Assembly: GCA_020184695.1 (NCBI GenBank) | Contig: JAANOX010000148.1 | Coordinates: 1-40,298 of the forward strand | Length of the DNA: 40,298 nt | Direction: 5' to 3' | Source of the DNA: Histomonas meleagridis 2922-C6/04-290x | Lineage: Eukaryota; Protista; Parabasalia | Shown: one piece after another, positions 1 through 12,399 of the stretch | How positions within the stretch are numbered: the first letter of the stretch is position 1 | Layout of the letters: every line of letters begins with the position of its first letter | The notes under the pieces: generated by a model | Database searches by the model: none | The model's input: the letters and a program-made list of their open reading frames with translations, nothing else | Told to the model about the DNA's origin: nothing | Position numbers and translations under genes: made by a program

Positions 1-204
1 TCAAATCAATTATGTTTTAATTTTGCATATTTAAGTTTGCATTTGATACTTGGAATAGAATCAATGAAATTATATTCTTTTTATATAAAAGCAATTGTTT
101 TCTTAAAACATTATAAAAAAATATATTTTAATTTTACAGATTTTACAATATTTAATATTTATTCAAACAAATCATCACAAAGGTAATTTAATTTTACTTA
201 TATT

Positions 205-1284
205 TCATGGAGATTCAGCTTTTTCATCTTTAAATATCGATGTAGGCGCTTCGAGATCCTTTTCGCCTGCTTTAGCTCTATACATTGGTTCAATTTCTGC
301 TCTTTTAGAAGAATACACGACAATCAATTGACAATTTGAGTAAAATATTAAGTCAAGCAAAAATGAATAAGGGAAAATTTCAAGAACAAAATAAATTACT
401 TTCATGAATGGCTTTGTCATAAACTTAACAACAAATGGAATGTTATCACCTGCGATTAAAGGTTCTGTGTTGACATTAACATATCCTTCCAATTTAGTCG
501 GGCTATCAGAACATCGAATAGATTCTTCTGTCATTGCTTGACTTGCTTCGACATAGATATCAAATATAACGCAAACTGGCTTTTTAGTTGGAATAGATAC
601 GAATTCTTCATATTCTTCCCATGAAACATATTCGAGGTTTTGTATGAATTTTTTGTTATCCAATTGAGTCACTTTATAAATTGGTGGCGCAGTTCGGACT
701 TCTGCTATTTTATCAGCTAGCTCAGATAAAGTATAATATCCTTTTCCAATAAAACGATGGTATGGTACATTCTCTGGTTCTTGACTAAGTGGAAATACAA
801 TCGAAACAACCAAACCAAATACATATAAAATAGGAAAAACAAGTAAGAACATACTCCCTATTGTTTCAAATTCATTGTCATATAGAATTACACAATAAAT
901 AGTTCCAATGCTAATACCAAGACCTGCTGCACCAAGAACAGTCCCAATCATCATCATAGTAAAATAATAGGGAGTAACACTTTTGAGCGCAACGAATTTT
1001 TTTGCACATGAACAAATTAATACAATGATGATCGGAAATAAAAATACAATAGCAGTTAAATAATATATGTATCTGCTCAAATAGCATAAATCATAATTAC
1101 CTGTATAGCAATAAGAAGCATTTTCATAGAGTGTAAAATTTTCTGTATTTTTGGAATGATTAATGTAGTTAATGCAAAGACCTGTACAAAAACCATCGCC
1201 ACAAGTAATATTTTCGCCTTCTCTCGTAGATGAATCCACTATGTAATCGGTTGCGAAACTAAAGCTAAACAAAAAACAAAACAT
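205..1284 (-). CDS. Hypothetical membrane protein: signal peptide, Cys-rich ectodomain, 3 TM helices, cytosolic domain (weakly TMEM151-like)
   Basis: ORF 205..1362. The likely start is the ATG at 1284 (MFCFLFSFSFA, signal-like). It contains CGDGFCTGLC and three hydrophobic segments. The family resemblance is weak. Confidence 0.7.
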   Translation of the reverse strand: MFCFLFSFSFATDYIVDSSTREGENITCGDGFCTGLCINYINHSKNTENFTLYENASYCYTGNYDLCYLSRYIYYLTAIVFLFPIIIVLICSCAKKFVALKSVTPYYFTMMMIGTVLGAAGLGISIGTIYCVILYDNEFETIGSMFLLVFPILYVFGLVVSIVFPLSQEPENVPYHRFIGKGYYTLSELADKIAEVRTAPPIYKVTQLDNKKFIQNLEYVSWEEYEEFVSIPTKKPVCVIFDIYVEASQAMTEESIRCSDSPTKLEGYVNVNTEPLIAGDNIPFVVKFMTKPFMKVIYFVLEIFPYSFLLDLIFYSNCQLIVVYSSKRAEIEPMYRAKAGEKDLEAPTSIFKDEKAESP

Positions 1285-1406
1285 TGCAAACTTTTCTTGA
1301 CAATTGGAATTCAATACCGATATTTGAGTATTATGTCGTTTTTTGTGTTCTGGCATTTTCAATAATCGTTATGAATTTTTTGAGTGAATAAATCACGACG
1401 TGAAAA

Positions 1407-3952
1407 ATGGCAATTTTTTGTTCAGTTTTGAATTATTGGCAGTTTCCAAATATTCAGTTAGAACAACAGAAATGGAAAGAAGATTTATGTTTAACTTTTA
1501 TACTTCTCATAATGAAGATACGTATCTATTATGGTGGGTGGATAAACATGACGCAGATAAAAAAGATATTAATAAAATTAAAATGAATGTATTAAATTCA
1601 AGAACTCATTCAATCGATTTAAAGATAGCAATTCAACCAAAATTAAAATTATATTATCAATATGAATCAAATGAAAATAATCTTACAGAAATTGTAACAT
1701 TTAATATACCAGATTTTATTGAAGAACCAATTTTAATCAGTGATTTTGAAAAAAATTTAAGTAATCACGAAAGAAAAACTTTGAGATTTAAAATCAATTA
1801 TCCAACGTACTGTGTTCAAAATTTATTTGTTGTTGGTTCATTACCTGAATTAGGTCATTGGGATGTGAATAAAGGACTTCAAATGTATAATATTAATTCA
1901 GAAATGAATGAAACTTTTAATGATAACAATTATAATTGGCAATGTGATTTAACATTATCATATCTACCAGAATCAATTAGTTATAAATATGTTGTTATTG
2001 AGAAATCTAAAAATATAGTCGTTGAAAAAGGTAATAATCGGAATTATACATTTCCGAATGAAACAATAAATTTCGTTGAATTTAATGACACTTGGATTGA
2101 AATGAACCAAAAACAACAAAAATTCATTTCTAAAATTTCTTTAATTGATAATTTTCAGTTTTCTTCAGTGTTTATTGATAATTCAAAGCCAAATTTAATT
2201 TGCTGTACATTATCAGCACAAAGTTGGATATTTAACGAGGAAATTAAACTTTTAGTTGTGGGATCAATTCCAATTTTAGGTCAATGGGATCCAAAACATG
2301 GAATTGAGTTAAAATCTCATAATAAATTTCAATATTATGTTAATATTTATATTCCCGAACAAATGTTTCCTTTCGAATTTAAATTTATAGTTATTGATAA
2401 AAATGGATATTTAATATGGGAAATACATGAAAATAGAATTGCAACATTATCAAAAACATCATTAAAAAATAAACATATTATTATCGATTCGGCAATTATC
2501 TATTTTCAAGATATTTCTTCATTTGAAAGAAGAATTGAAATATTAGGGATAAACCACGATAAAAATATAAATAAAGTGAAGGAAATTATTGAATGGGCGA
2601 GTAAAACTGGGTTTACAATTGTAAATATTCCAAATTATTTGGATTTAACAATTATTACAGGAAAATTTGATAAAGTTCACATGAAAAAGCCTTTTTTAAT
2701 TGATCCAATAGAATTTGAAGATGAATTAATTCCAAAACTTAATTTCAGGAAAAATTTATGGGAAAAAGGTAAAAATGAAATAAACATAATGGAAGAAACT
2801 ATCTTTAATTTAAATGATAATAATATTGAAACATCAATTCAATCATTAAATTTTCTATGTAATGATAAGTTTCCAATTTCATTTAATATTATGCTATGCC
2901 GATTTTTTTATTCTGCTTTTGCTTCTATGAGAAACGAAGAAAAATTTTATTTTAATATTTTAAAGATTATTGAAAAAGAAATTAAGAAATGTGATAAAAT
3001 AATATCATATTTTATTAAATATATTTATAATTTAGAAACACAAGAATCAAATTATTTAATTGAAAAAATGATAGAATATAAAATGATTGAACCAATATTC
3101 GGAATAAAAAGAGATTCATTATATTTTGCACATTATAAAACAGAGCGAAAATTAAATAGTTTACTTTTTCCAAAATATATTAATAGATATTGTGGTGCCA
3201 TGACGTATTATCCATTTCGAAATCAGTTTAGAAGTATACATAATGAACTTATGGAAAATGATTGGGAACTTCATAAGCAATTGATTAAAGAAGGAGTTAA
3301 TCCAAATGAAATTGCAAAAATAATTCGAAATGATGAAATCGAAAAACTTCAAGAAATATCAACATCTGAAAATTTCGATTTTAATCAAAGAATTAAAGAA
3401 TCACTTTATGAAAGATGTTCATTTATTAACTATTGGAATGTTACATTAATTGATTTTGCAGCATTTTTTTCGGCAGTTAAATGTTTTAAATATTTACTTG
3501 TGAATAATGCTAAATTAGAAAACACAGGCAAATATGCAATTGCAGGTGGAAACCTTGAAATCATTCATTTATGTGAACAAAATCATTCGTCATTTAAATA
3601 TGCATATGAAACAGCAATCACATTTCATCGAAATGATATATTTAAATATATTTATGAGAAGAAATTAACAGATATATTTGATTTACCACGATATGTGGAG
3701 ATTTGTATTAGTTTTAATAACTATGAAATTTTATCATTTTTAGAAAAGGAAGGAATAGATTTCGATTCATTAATTTTAAAAATAGCAAGAACAGGAAATG
3801 CTTTTTTGTTACAATATTTATTATATGGAAAGAATCTTCCCGATAATATTATATGTGAATCAGTTAATTCAGGAAATGTTGAAACGATTAAATTTATTTT
3901 TGAACATGAAGAAATGTTAAATCATGAAACAATTGATTTTTATATAGATTAA
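1407..3952 (+). CDS. CBM20-CBM20-(GH77-like remnant)-DUF3447/ankyrin chimeric protein
   Basis: Two CBM20 motifs (LFVVGSLPELGHWD..KG...YKYVV; LLVVGSIPILGQWDPKHG...FKFIV). The C-terminal half carries the parabasalid DUF3447/ANK signature (TLIDFAAFFSAVKCFKYLL..AIAGGNLEIIHLCEQ). The ATG at 1407 is in frame in the right-arm copy (MAMFSF). Confidence 0.8.
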
Positions 3953-4767
3953 ATATTTAATCTTTTTATTTTATATTTTTAAATATGATTTGAAGTTTAT
4001 TATAATTATAAAAAGAAGCTTTAATGTACGCATCTCGATTAGGTAAAATTGAAATATTACAATTTCTTCTTGAAAAGAAAACAATTAATATAAATACAAA
4101 ATATATATATTTTCTTTTTTTGAAATTTTTTTATATTGTTTTATATTTTAAAATAATGATTGGTGTATATTTTAGTGATTTCTTACACCTCTTATGTCTG
4201 CATCTAAAGAAGGTCAAACTGAAGCTATTAAATTACTCCTTCAACAAGAAGGAATTGATATTAATGCTAAAGATATTTATTTATTTTATTTGATGTTTTT
4301 TTCTAATGACATAATATTATAAACTAATATTTGGAAATTATTTTAAATATTTTTAACTGCACTAATGTTTGCATCTAAAGAAGGTCGTTCTAAAATCGTT
4401 AAATTGCTTCTTCAACGAGAAGGAATTGATGTTAATTCTAAAGATTTTTATTTGTTTTCTTTGATGTTTTTTTCTAATGACATAATATTATAAATTCATT
4501 TATGGAAATTATTTTAAATATTCTTAACAGCACTAATATATGCATCTAAAGAAGGTCGTTCTAAAATCGTCAAATTGTTTCTTCAACGAGAAGGAATTGA
4601 TGTTAATTCTAAAGATATTTATTTGTTTTATTCAATGTTTTTTCAAATGACATAATATTATAAATTCATTTATGGAAATTATTTTAAATATTCTTAACAG
4701 CATCCGATCATGCCTCCACAGGTTTAGTAGTATCGTTCAGATATTTGAAGATTATAAACATAAATAA
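3932..4767 (+). repeat. Interrupted ankyrin-repeat array continuing the upstream gene: ankyrin modules separated by ~65-81 nt AT-rich spacers
   Basis: Modules ALMYASRLGKIEILQFLLEKKTININTK, TPLMSASKEGQTEAIKLLLQQEGIDINAKD, TALMFASKEGRSKIVKLLLQREGIDVNSKD and TALIYASKEGRSKIVKLFLQREGIDVNSKD. The period is 170-171 nt. The terminal module ends at TAA 4765-4767 (in frame in the right-arm copy). Confidence 0.85.
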
Positions 4768-4880
4768 TCACAAAATTTAAGCGAAATACAAATTAAATTA
4801 AATTATTAATAAAATTTCGTAAAAATGTATTAAATCATTCACAATGTTTTTGCCATCGCATTTTACTGTAATACAACCGA

Positions 4881-5160
4881 ACTGAGTGCGTTCTTATACT
4901 GTCGCAACGTTTCTTTCGCTGCACATCAAATCACTTCCACACAACGCCGTTTTACTTCATCAGACTGAGTGCGTTCTGATACTGTCGCAACGTTTCTTCG
5001 CTGCACATCAAATCACTTCCACACAACGCCGTTTTACTTCATCAGACTGAGTGCGTTCTTATACTGTCGCAACGTTTCTTCGCTGCACATCAAATCACTT
5101 CCACACAACGCCGTTTTACTTCATCAGACTGAGTGCGTTCTGATACTGTCGCAACGTTTT
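4881..5160. repeat. Tandem repeat, 82-83 bp unit, ~3.4 copies, GC-rich relative to its flanks
   Basis: Units start at 4881, 4964, 5046 and 5128 (ACTGAGTGCGTTCT[T/G]ATACTGTCGCAACGTTTCTTCGCTGCAC...CTTCATCAG). Confidence 0.95.
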
Positions 5161-5235
5161 CTTTTTCTTTTTCTTTTACATAAAGAAAACGAAATTTGGT
5201 AAAAAACTTTTGTTTATTAATTTTTACCTTCTGAC

Positions 5236-8200
5236 TCAAAACGGCGGAAACTGCGCGTTGAACGTTGGGAAGTTTCCTGCTGAGTTCGTTCCGTTGAATG
5301 TGTTCTGTGCATTCGATGTCTTCGCTGCTGCTGCGAATGGGTCTGCGCTCGCTACGAACGTGTTGTTGCCCATGTTGAAGCCGCCTGTCGAGTTCGCAAT
5401 GCTGTTGCTGTCGGGGAACGGCGCATTCGAAGGCGCAAAGCCCGGCGGCGCCTGAAGGCAAGAAACTGCCATTTGCGCAACTTCTTTCGTTTCGTCGATT
5501 TTCTCGTCCATGTCGCCCATCTGCGATGTCAACTTACTGATGATTTGGTTCTGTTCGCGAAGTGACTGAATGAGATACGGCATCGCAAAGTCGATGCAGT
5601 TGTTGCGCCACGCCAACTCTAAAACAACATCCGATGTAATTAAGTCGTAGCAGACAAATGTGCACGCGGCGAAGCATTCGTATAATTTCTCGTCAACAAA
5701 GTAATGCAAAAGCGATTCGGCAATATCTGACTTCTGCGACTGCGCTGCTGTTTCGATGCAGTCACCGTACAATTTGTCCTTCTTCGATAATGTTATCGCT
5801 TCGTTCCATCGCTTCGACTTACGGTATATGTACGATGCGATCCGACGGAACTCCAAACACTCGTGGTGCTCAAGCGAGCGCGCTAATGTGACTGACTCAA
5901 ACAAATCAAATGAATCAATAGAGTGGCGAAGTGATTCGTAGTCACCGTCTTCGATGTACATTTGGTTCAGCGCTTCGTTGACTGCCTGGATGTTGTTGCT
6001 CTGGATAGACGCTAAATACGTTTTGATAAGCTGCAAATTGTTACTTCGTCGGAACATTTCGACAACGCGCGTAGAGTCGATCTTTTGCCCAATTACGCCT
6101 AAAAGTTCGTTTAAGTCTAACGGCGAATAATTCAAGTAAAATGTAAGTGAGCGATATAATATGTCCGCGTTCGATACCTGCGAAATTAAGTCTTTGAAGT
6201 GCCCGTGCTCCCACGATGTCGACGGGTGTTCCATCATAACGAGGACGGCGTTGTCATATTCGCTGTATTTCTCGTATGCAAATGTAAGCTCCTTCCACAT
6301 GTGCATCAAATTCAGTTGTTTGATGACTTTGAACAGTGCAATCTTTTGATAATACGTCTTAAGGTGCTCCAATACTTTCTCTGGTTGATGTTTCGCATAC
6401 AAAACGGCAAGTTCAGTGAAGATGCCGCCGTGCGCACGTTCTAATGACATCGCAGCTTCCAATAATTGGATGATTTGCGTGAAGTAGCCCAAGTTTTCAT
6501 ATAACTCAATGACGTCTGTGATTAAGTCTGCTTCAACAACAACTTGAAGACCTGCTGACTGCGCCAAACTGAATTCGCCCGCCAGCACGCACGCCTTGTT
6601 GACGGCCTTCCACGCGGACGATGTGCCAGCTTTGCGCGCTGCTTCAATCGCTGACTTGAATTCGTTGAGTTCTAACGTAATGTCTCCGTGAGTCGCGTGT
6701 AGTCTTTGATCGCTGTGTATATGATTTTCGCTGCTTTGTATAATTTGCATTCGAAGCATCGGTCTGCAACTTCTTTCTCGCGCGCTGAGTTCGGGCCTGA
6801 TGTAAGTTCTTCAAGTTCTGCTAATTTGTCTGTTTTAGCATATGCAAAACATAATTCTGTTTCTATAATCGGATCTCGATTTTGGATTTCACGTGCAAGT
6901 TCTAAAAATGTAACAAGCGCACCGTATTGGTTCTGTTCTTCACACAATTGGATGACTTTGTTGTACTCTTTGGTGTCGCGCGCTTTAACAAATGAATCAA
7001 TCGCATCTACAACTAATCCTTCTGCAAGTTGAGCACGGCCAGCTTCGCCCCAAACGGCGGGTTCGTCACAGTGCTGCGCCCAATCTGATGCTGCTTGAAT
7101 CGACTTCTTATAATTTAACATATCTTTGACAGCTTCGACATTTTGATTGAATTTCTTATATGACGCAATCGCTTCATCGTAAAGCTGTGATTGGATCAAA
7201 TGTTCGCAGATTTTTGTCCCACGTGTAGTCATTTAAGCGAGTGACCTATGTCATGACGCGTGATGTATNTGATTTAATNGCTGTGCTAATTAATACGTTC
7301 TGTAATGATGTGTTGTTCTGGAATTGCGGTGACTCCATAACAGCTTTCTCTAATAATCTAAAAGTTGCGTAGGAATATTCGCATCAATGAATGCTTTGAC
7401 TGTCTGTGACACTTTGTCTGGATCGTCGCACTCTGGTAACGCGGTGGATATAACTGCATCGACAACAAGTTTCATGTGCTCATTCTCTGGTGATAATACA
7501 CGCGCCCACAGCTCTGGATCTTGGCGTGCAACGCAGTAACGCGCTTGCTCTTTGTAGAGTTGATGTGTATTAGTTAATTCAATTAATTCATTGTCGCATT
7601 TGCCTTTGGAATATGCAATGCACGCTAAGTGCGCATCGCGTTTAGATAATATGTCCCCAACAAATTTAGGATCATAGTATTGGTTCTCGCGTAATAATTT
7701 TTCTCCATTACGATTGGATAACACTGCTAACAAAACAATCCCATTGTTCGTGGCAGTATCAATTGATCCGGCTTGTGCACGCGCATAAAGAATTGGCTCA
7801 AGGATTTTAATGCGATCGCGTTTCATCGTTTGTGTAATTAAATCGTCAATTGGCGCTGTGTGTTGAACTGAGTTAAGTAATTTGGTGATGTAATCGTTAG
7901 GCGCTTCAATGTCAATTAATGCTCCAATAACGCGACCGGCCATATCTGTGTTGAACTTTTGAACATATGTCTCGAGTTCGCGTAATGCGCCTTTCTTATA
8001 TAAATATTTGGTCAAATCTTCAATAAAACCAAATCGATTGCATAAAACAATAATTGGAACTTTGTCGCTTAAGTCTTGTTGAATTAAGAAATCTCGAACA
8101 CGCTCTGGTTGTAAGTGCTGACTTTCGCTGCACATGTTCTCAACTTCTTGGTAGTGGCCTAATTTAGTCGCAGCTTCAATGTAACGGAAGTGAATGTCTG

Positions 8201-10347
8201 GATCATCGCACGTGTTGACAACTTGCGCTAGAAATAGTAAATCCCTTCGCTCGAATTCGTTTCATGGAATAAATTAATTAATGTGTCAATACCCAATTTC
8301 TCCCAATATGTACTAGCAATACGAACAACAACTTGAACATTACCTCGTGGATTATTTAATAATAATTCACGTAAACAGTCAATGGCCCATTCTGCTGACA
8401 TCGTAGAGAAGTATTGAACTAAGAAATCTTGTGATATGTTTTGAACATTAACGATGCAGCGTTTGATCGATGGTAAATCGGTGTAATGTTCTAACGCACG
8501 TTGGAAATTACCAGCGCTTTCACAAAGTGCTGCAATGCGTTGGCGATCATAATACGTGAAAAATGTTCTTAACAAATAATTCTTCGGCAAGTTTCGGCAT
8601 GTTCTTAAGTGCAATCTCAAATAACATCGTTTGTAAATCGGAATCTTCTTCGCGATCTGTTTGTAATACATCAATTAAAAATCGTATCGCTTGACGAATC
8701 ATTTGGAATTGAACTAATAAATTAACAACTTGTTTCGCGTCAACAAGCGGCTGCCCGTTGTTCGCAACATGTGTTAAAAGTGGTTCTGCTTTATCTGGCG
8801 CTGTACGCGCTACAATGGTAATGATTTGCATCCAGTTCGGCGTGTATGACATCTTTTGGCAATAGGCTTGAAGTTTATCAAACGCATTCATCTCTGCAAA
8901 AGTCGCAACAACTTTCTCTGAGACATTAGCACGTAAATAAATGGCAACTGCAATGCGCGGGTCAGGGCGGCAGACATCCCCCAACGCTTCTGACGGCGTG
9001 AGTTTGTCCTCTTTGATCCATTTCTCAATAAGATTCGTCTTGTTCAAATTAACAACAATTCGACATAATTCAATAGATTCGACTTCGTTAAGTTTCGTTA
9101 TATTTAACAATTCGTTGAAATACTGCAAAAGAGGTGGCGCACCGCCCATAGTTTGAATGCTTAATAACTTTTGAATCGTTTGCATATTACGTAATGAACC
9201 ACCGGGCGAATTGGCAGCACAATGCGCGGCTTCAACATAATTACCTTGTCGAATCAATTGATCAAGTTGTTGATTCATAAAATCGCCAGAAATCTGAAGA
9301 CCGGCACTCGATGCAATGTGTGACGCTGACTGCGGATTGCCGCGCGTTTTGGCTACAAATTCAATGATCGTGGAATCATTAATCGTAAGTTTCGTCATAC
9401 GACCATCGCGTGATAATGCAATAATACCTCCTTCGCGTGTTAATGACGCATGAATAAATGGCGTTTGTGAAACTCGTGCTGAAATATACACAAATGGCGT
9501 TTCAACTTCAACTAAATACAAATATCCCATCTTCGTGAGCAAATACGCTGTGTCATACTTCTGCGAAAACAATAATTGAAGTGGAATATCTCCTTGGGCA
9601 TCATTTTGCAATGGGTAAATCAACGTTCTTCTTACCAAATTGTTGGGCAGCTGGGGATGCACCTAATGGAATAATGTTCATAAACATCCCATTTTGATTC
9701 TTATTGGAAAAGATTAAAATTGGAACAGTTTGATAACGGCCAAATTCAAACGCAAATGCATCAATCATTTGTGATGCATTACGTTCTCGTGAATAAAGTT
9801 GTAATTTTCCAACGATTTGATTACCTTCTTGTGCAAGCCCTGAAATACAAACCCACTGTTGGTCATGTGACATACTATACTTCATAATACTTCCATTAGA
9901 AAGTGGTGGTTGAACTTGGAAGATAGGAATTGGATTGTTTTGTGAAGAAAGTGACCAGTGATAAACTTGCCCTGAAGAAACAAATGCTAAAATATCATCA
10001 TCTAACCATGTCCAATAACTAACTGTTTGCCCAGGATTCAATTGAAATGATTTAAGACGTTGACGTGCTCCAAGATCAAAAACTTGTAAAACATTACCTC
10101 CTCGCATATGCAATAACATTCCGTGATGGATGCATAACTGCTGAATCGGCCGTGTTCTTATGACGTGTAACACTGTTGTTTTGTTGAAGATCTATATAAT
10201 AAATATTTCTCCTTCTGTTTCTGTAACTTCACGAACACATAAATATTTGTCCTTCGATAATGATGTATTAGAAATACTGGCAAATTTGGGATCAATCCCA
10301 AATTGCTGGAAGTTGAGAACTTCCGTGGTGTTGATGGGAACCGACAT
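5236..10347 (-). CDS. CHC: Clathrin heavy chain (copy 1), split into several ORFs by probable sequencing indels
   Basis: N-terminal propeller (LSKDKYLCVRE, ADSAVMHPSRNVIAMR), CHCR repeats (YYDRQRIAALCESAG, AMSLERAHGGIFTELAVLYAK, WKELTFAYEKYSEYDNA, AWRNNCIDFAMPYLIQ). ATG at 10347 (MSVPINTTEV). Ns at 7269 and 7279. Confidence 0.97.
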
Positions 10348-10353
10348 GAAACA

Positions 10354-10358
10354 AGTGA
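10354..10358 (-). promoter_or_regulatory. Parabasalid initiator (Inr) TCACT upstream of clathrin copy 1
   Basis: Matches the Trichomonas Inr consensus TCA+1Y(T/A), 6 nt upstream of the ATG. Confidence 0.55.
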
Positions 10359-11197
10359 TGACGGTTTGTGTCAATAAATTGAATTTTTGAATTAATTTAA
10401 GTGACGATATGTTGGCAATTTTTTGACAAATAGGGGCTATTTATTTAACACCACTTGGCACGATTTAATATTCCTTTCTATGATTAAAAACCTCCAAAAA
10501 ATCACATAACATTTGTCCATGATGAAAAGAATAAAATGCAATTTAGTTTTTAATAATAATAATAATTGTTTTTAATATTATGAATTTAAATTTGAATAAT
10601 TTTTGCATGTTTTACTGCTTCTAATATATGACTGCTTACTGGTATTATTTTTCTTATTATTATTTGATTACAGCAAACATTTTTTAAACTTCATTTTCGA
10701 AATTTGACAGAAATCACAAATTTTTTATCTTTAAAATAATTGTATATTTTATATTTTTTTGAGGCTTTTATTATGATGATTCTATTTTATTTTATTCGAA
10801 ATCATTTTTTAAATTTTCTTTTAATCGGCTTAATTAGCCGGCATAATTATTGAATTTATCATTCATTTTTTTTGCTTAAGCATATATTTGTGGTTCAAAA
10901 ATGATCTTTGTGTGGCTTCGTCAGATGTGATAAATTGTTTGATCTCTCCCAAGAAAACAAACCTATGCAAATGATACAAGTTATCTACTTAGATCATAAA
11001 TATTATAAGAAACATAGCTCAAGGTTCTAAAACTAGTTTTGAGATATTGAATATTTATCACCAATTTTCTTTGTCTTGATTCAATACACGTTATATTTTA
11101 GCCGTTTGAACAAGTAAACATTTAAAAAAAAATTTACACAAATTCAAATTTTTATAAACCTTCTCAAAAAATTTGTTTGCGAAAACGTTTGCCATAC

Positions 11198-12148
11198 ATG
11201 CTAAATTGGGTCAAAGGCCAAGTCTCCAAAAAGAAAAGAAGAATCAAGGAGGGACATTTTGACCTTGACCTATCATATATCGGTGATAGGATCATTGCTA
11301 TGGGCTATCCTGCTCAAGGCATTGAATCAATTTATCGAAATAGTTTTTCCGATGTCAAAGAATTTCTAGATGAAAAGCATGGTGAAAACTACATGGTTTA
11401 CAACCTTTGCAGTGAGCGTAGCTATGATCCAGAATGTTTTGATTGTCGTGTTGAGACGTATCCTTTTGAAGATCACAACCCTCCCAACTTTGATATGTTA
11501 CGTCAATTCTGCAACCATGCTTCTGACTGGCTCGCACAAAATGAAAATCACCTTGTAGCTGTTCATTGTAAAGCGGGAAAAGGTCGAACAGGTGTAATGA
11601 TTTGCGCACTTCTTCTTCACATGGGCCAATTTGATAATCCAGCAGATGCTCTTCAGTTCTATGGCGAAAAACGTACATTAGATGGGAAAGGTGTAACAAT
11701 TCCTTCACAGATAAGATATATTTATTATTATGATCAATACCTTAAAAGTGGAGTTCCAAGGGATGTTCCTTTTACTCCTCGTAAGTGCTATGTTACAGGA
11801 CTCAAATTTACGAATGTGCCAAACAAATATTTCTCGAAGACATTAACTGTCGAATTTCGCAAAATGGACAATAGTTACATTGTTGTCACTAGCGGGAAGA
11901 ACCACGAAGGACCTGTTCGTAAGAAAGATGGTAACATTATCGAATTTGATGTCGACGGGTTAATTGAACCAATCGAAGGTGACTTCAGGATTTCGGCAAT
12001 GAAAAGCAACAAGCCATGTTGGTACATGTGGTTTAACTCGGAGTTCATAAAAGACGACGAAGTTTTCCTACGTTGCTCTATAGATAAAGCTTCTAAAGGA
12101 AAAGAATTCTCTGACGACTTCTCAATGGAAGTTTTTGCACATCACTGA
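11198..12148 (+). CDS. PTEN: PTEN-family phosphoinositide 3-phosphatase (phosphatase + C2 domain, no long tail)
   Basis: MLNWVKGQVSKKKRR, FDLDLSYIGDRIIAMGYPA, YPFEDHNPP, catalytic HCKAGKGRTG, GVTIPSQIRYIYYY. Confidence 0.95.
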   Translation: MLNWVKGQVSKKKRRIKEGHFDLDLSYIGDRIIAMGYPAQGIESIYRNSFSDVKEFLDEKHGENYMVYNLCSERSYDPECFDCRVETYPFEDHNPPNFDMLRQFCNHASDWLAQNENHLVAVHCKAGKGRTGVMICALLLHMGQFDNPADALQFYGEKRTLDGKGVTIPSQIRYIYYYDQYLKSGVPRDVPFTPRKCYVTGLKFTNVPNKYFSKTLTVEFRKMDNSYIVVTSGKNHEGPVRKKDGNIIEFDVDGLIEPIEGDFRISAMKSNKPCWYMWFNSEFIKDDEVFLRCSIDKASKGKEFSDDFSMEVFAHH

Positions 12149-12399
12149 TAAACGTTTAAACAATATTTTAACATTTTGGTTGACTATAAATTTTATTTAT
12201 TTAATCAGCATGTGATATATTTCTTCCTTATGTGTCAACGCTGAGCATTCCTAACTGTGCACCACTTATTGAAGCTGGAATACCTGTAAAATCATATGTA
12301 ACAAGTAAATTGTAATTACAATTAGAACATGTTCGAGAACGTTTACCTTCAAAAACTTAATTATGATTACGGAATGGCTACCTGTAAATGTTGTGAATA

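Larger units (their letters stand above)
1..10375. repeat. Left arm of a ~10.4 kb inverted duplication (may extend left of the window)
   Basis: Base 1 (tcaaatcaat) is the reverse complement of 37139-37148. Identity continues through the TM gene, CBM20-ANK gene, 82-bp repeat and clathrin, and ends at about 10375, just upstream of the clathrin Inr. Confidence 0.95.

Noticed and set aside
4881-5160. CRISPR array or stop-free rolling-circle ORF
   Set aside because: Units are contiguous with no unique spacers, there are no cas genes, the context is eukaryotic, and each unit contains a TGA on the plus strand.
5090-9156. Short antisense and overlapping ORFs within clathrin (and mirrors at 28339-32287)
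   Set aside because: They are by-products of GC-richer coding DNA and have no independent motifs.
5236-10347. Clathrin or Rab frameshifts as pseudogenisation or programmed frameshifting
   Set aside because: Breaks fall in homopolymers or garbled patches and differ between the two clathrin copies, consistent with long-read error.
10826-10840. CGGCT-TAATT-AGCCG hairpin as a Helitron 3' end
   Set aside because: No CTRR terminus at the expected distance on either strand.
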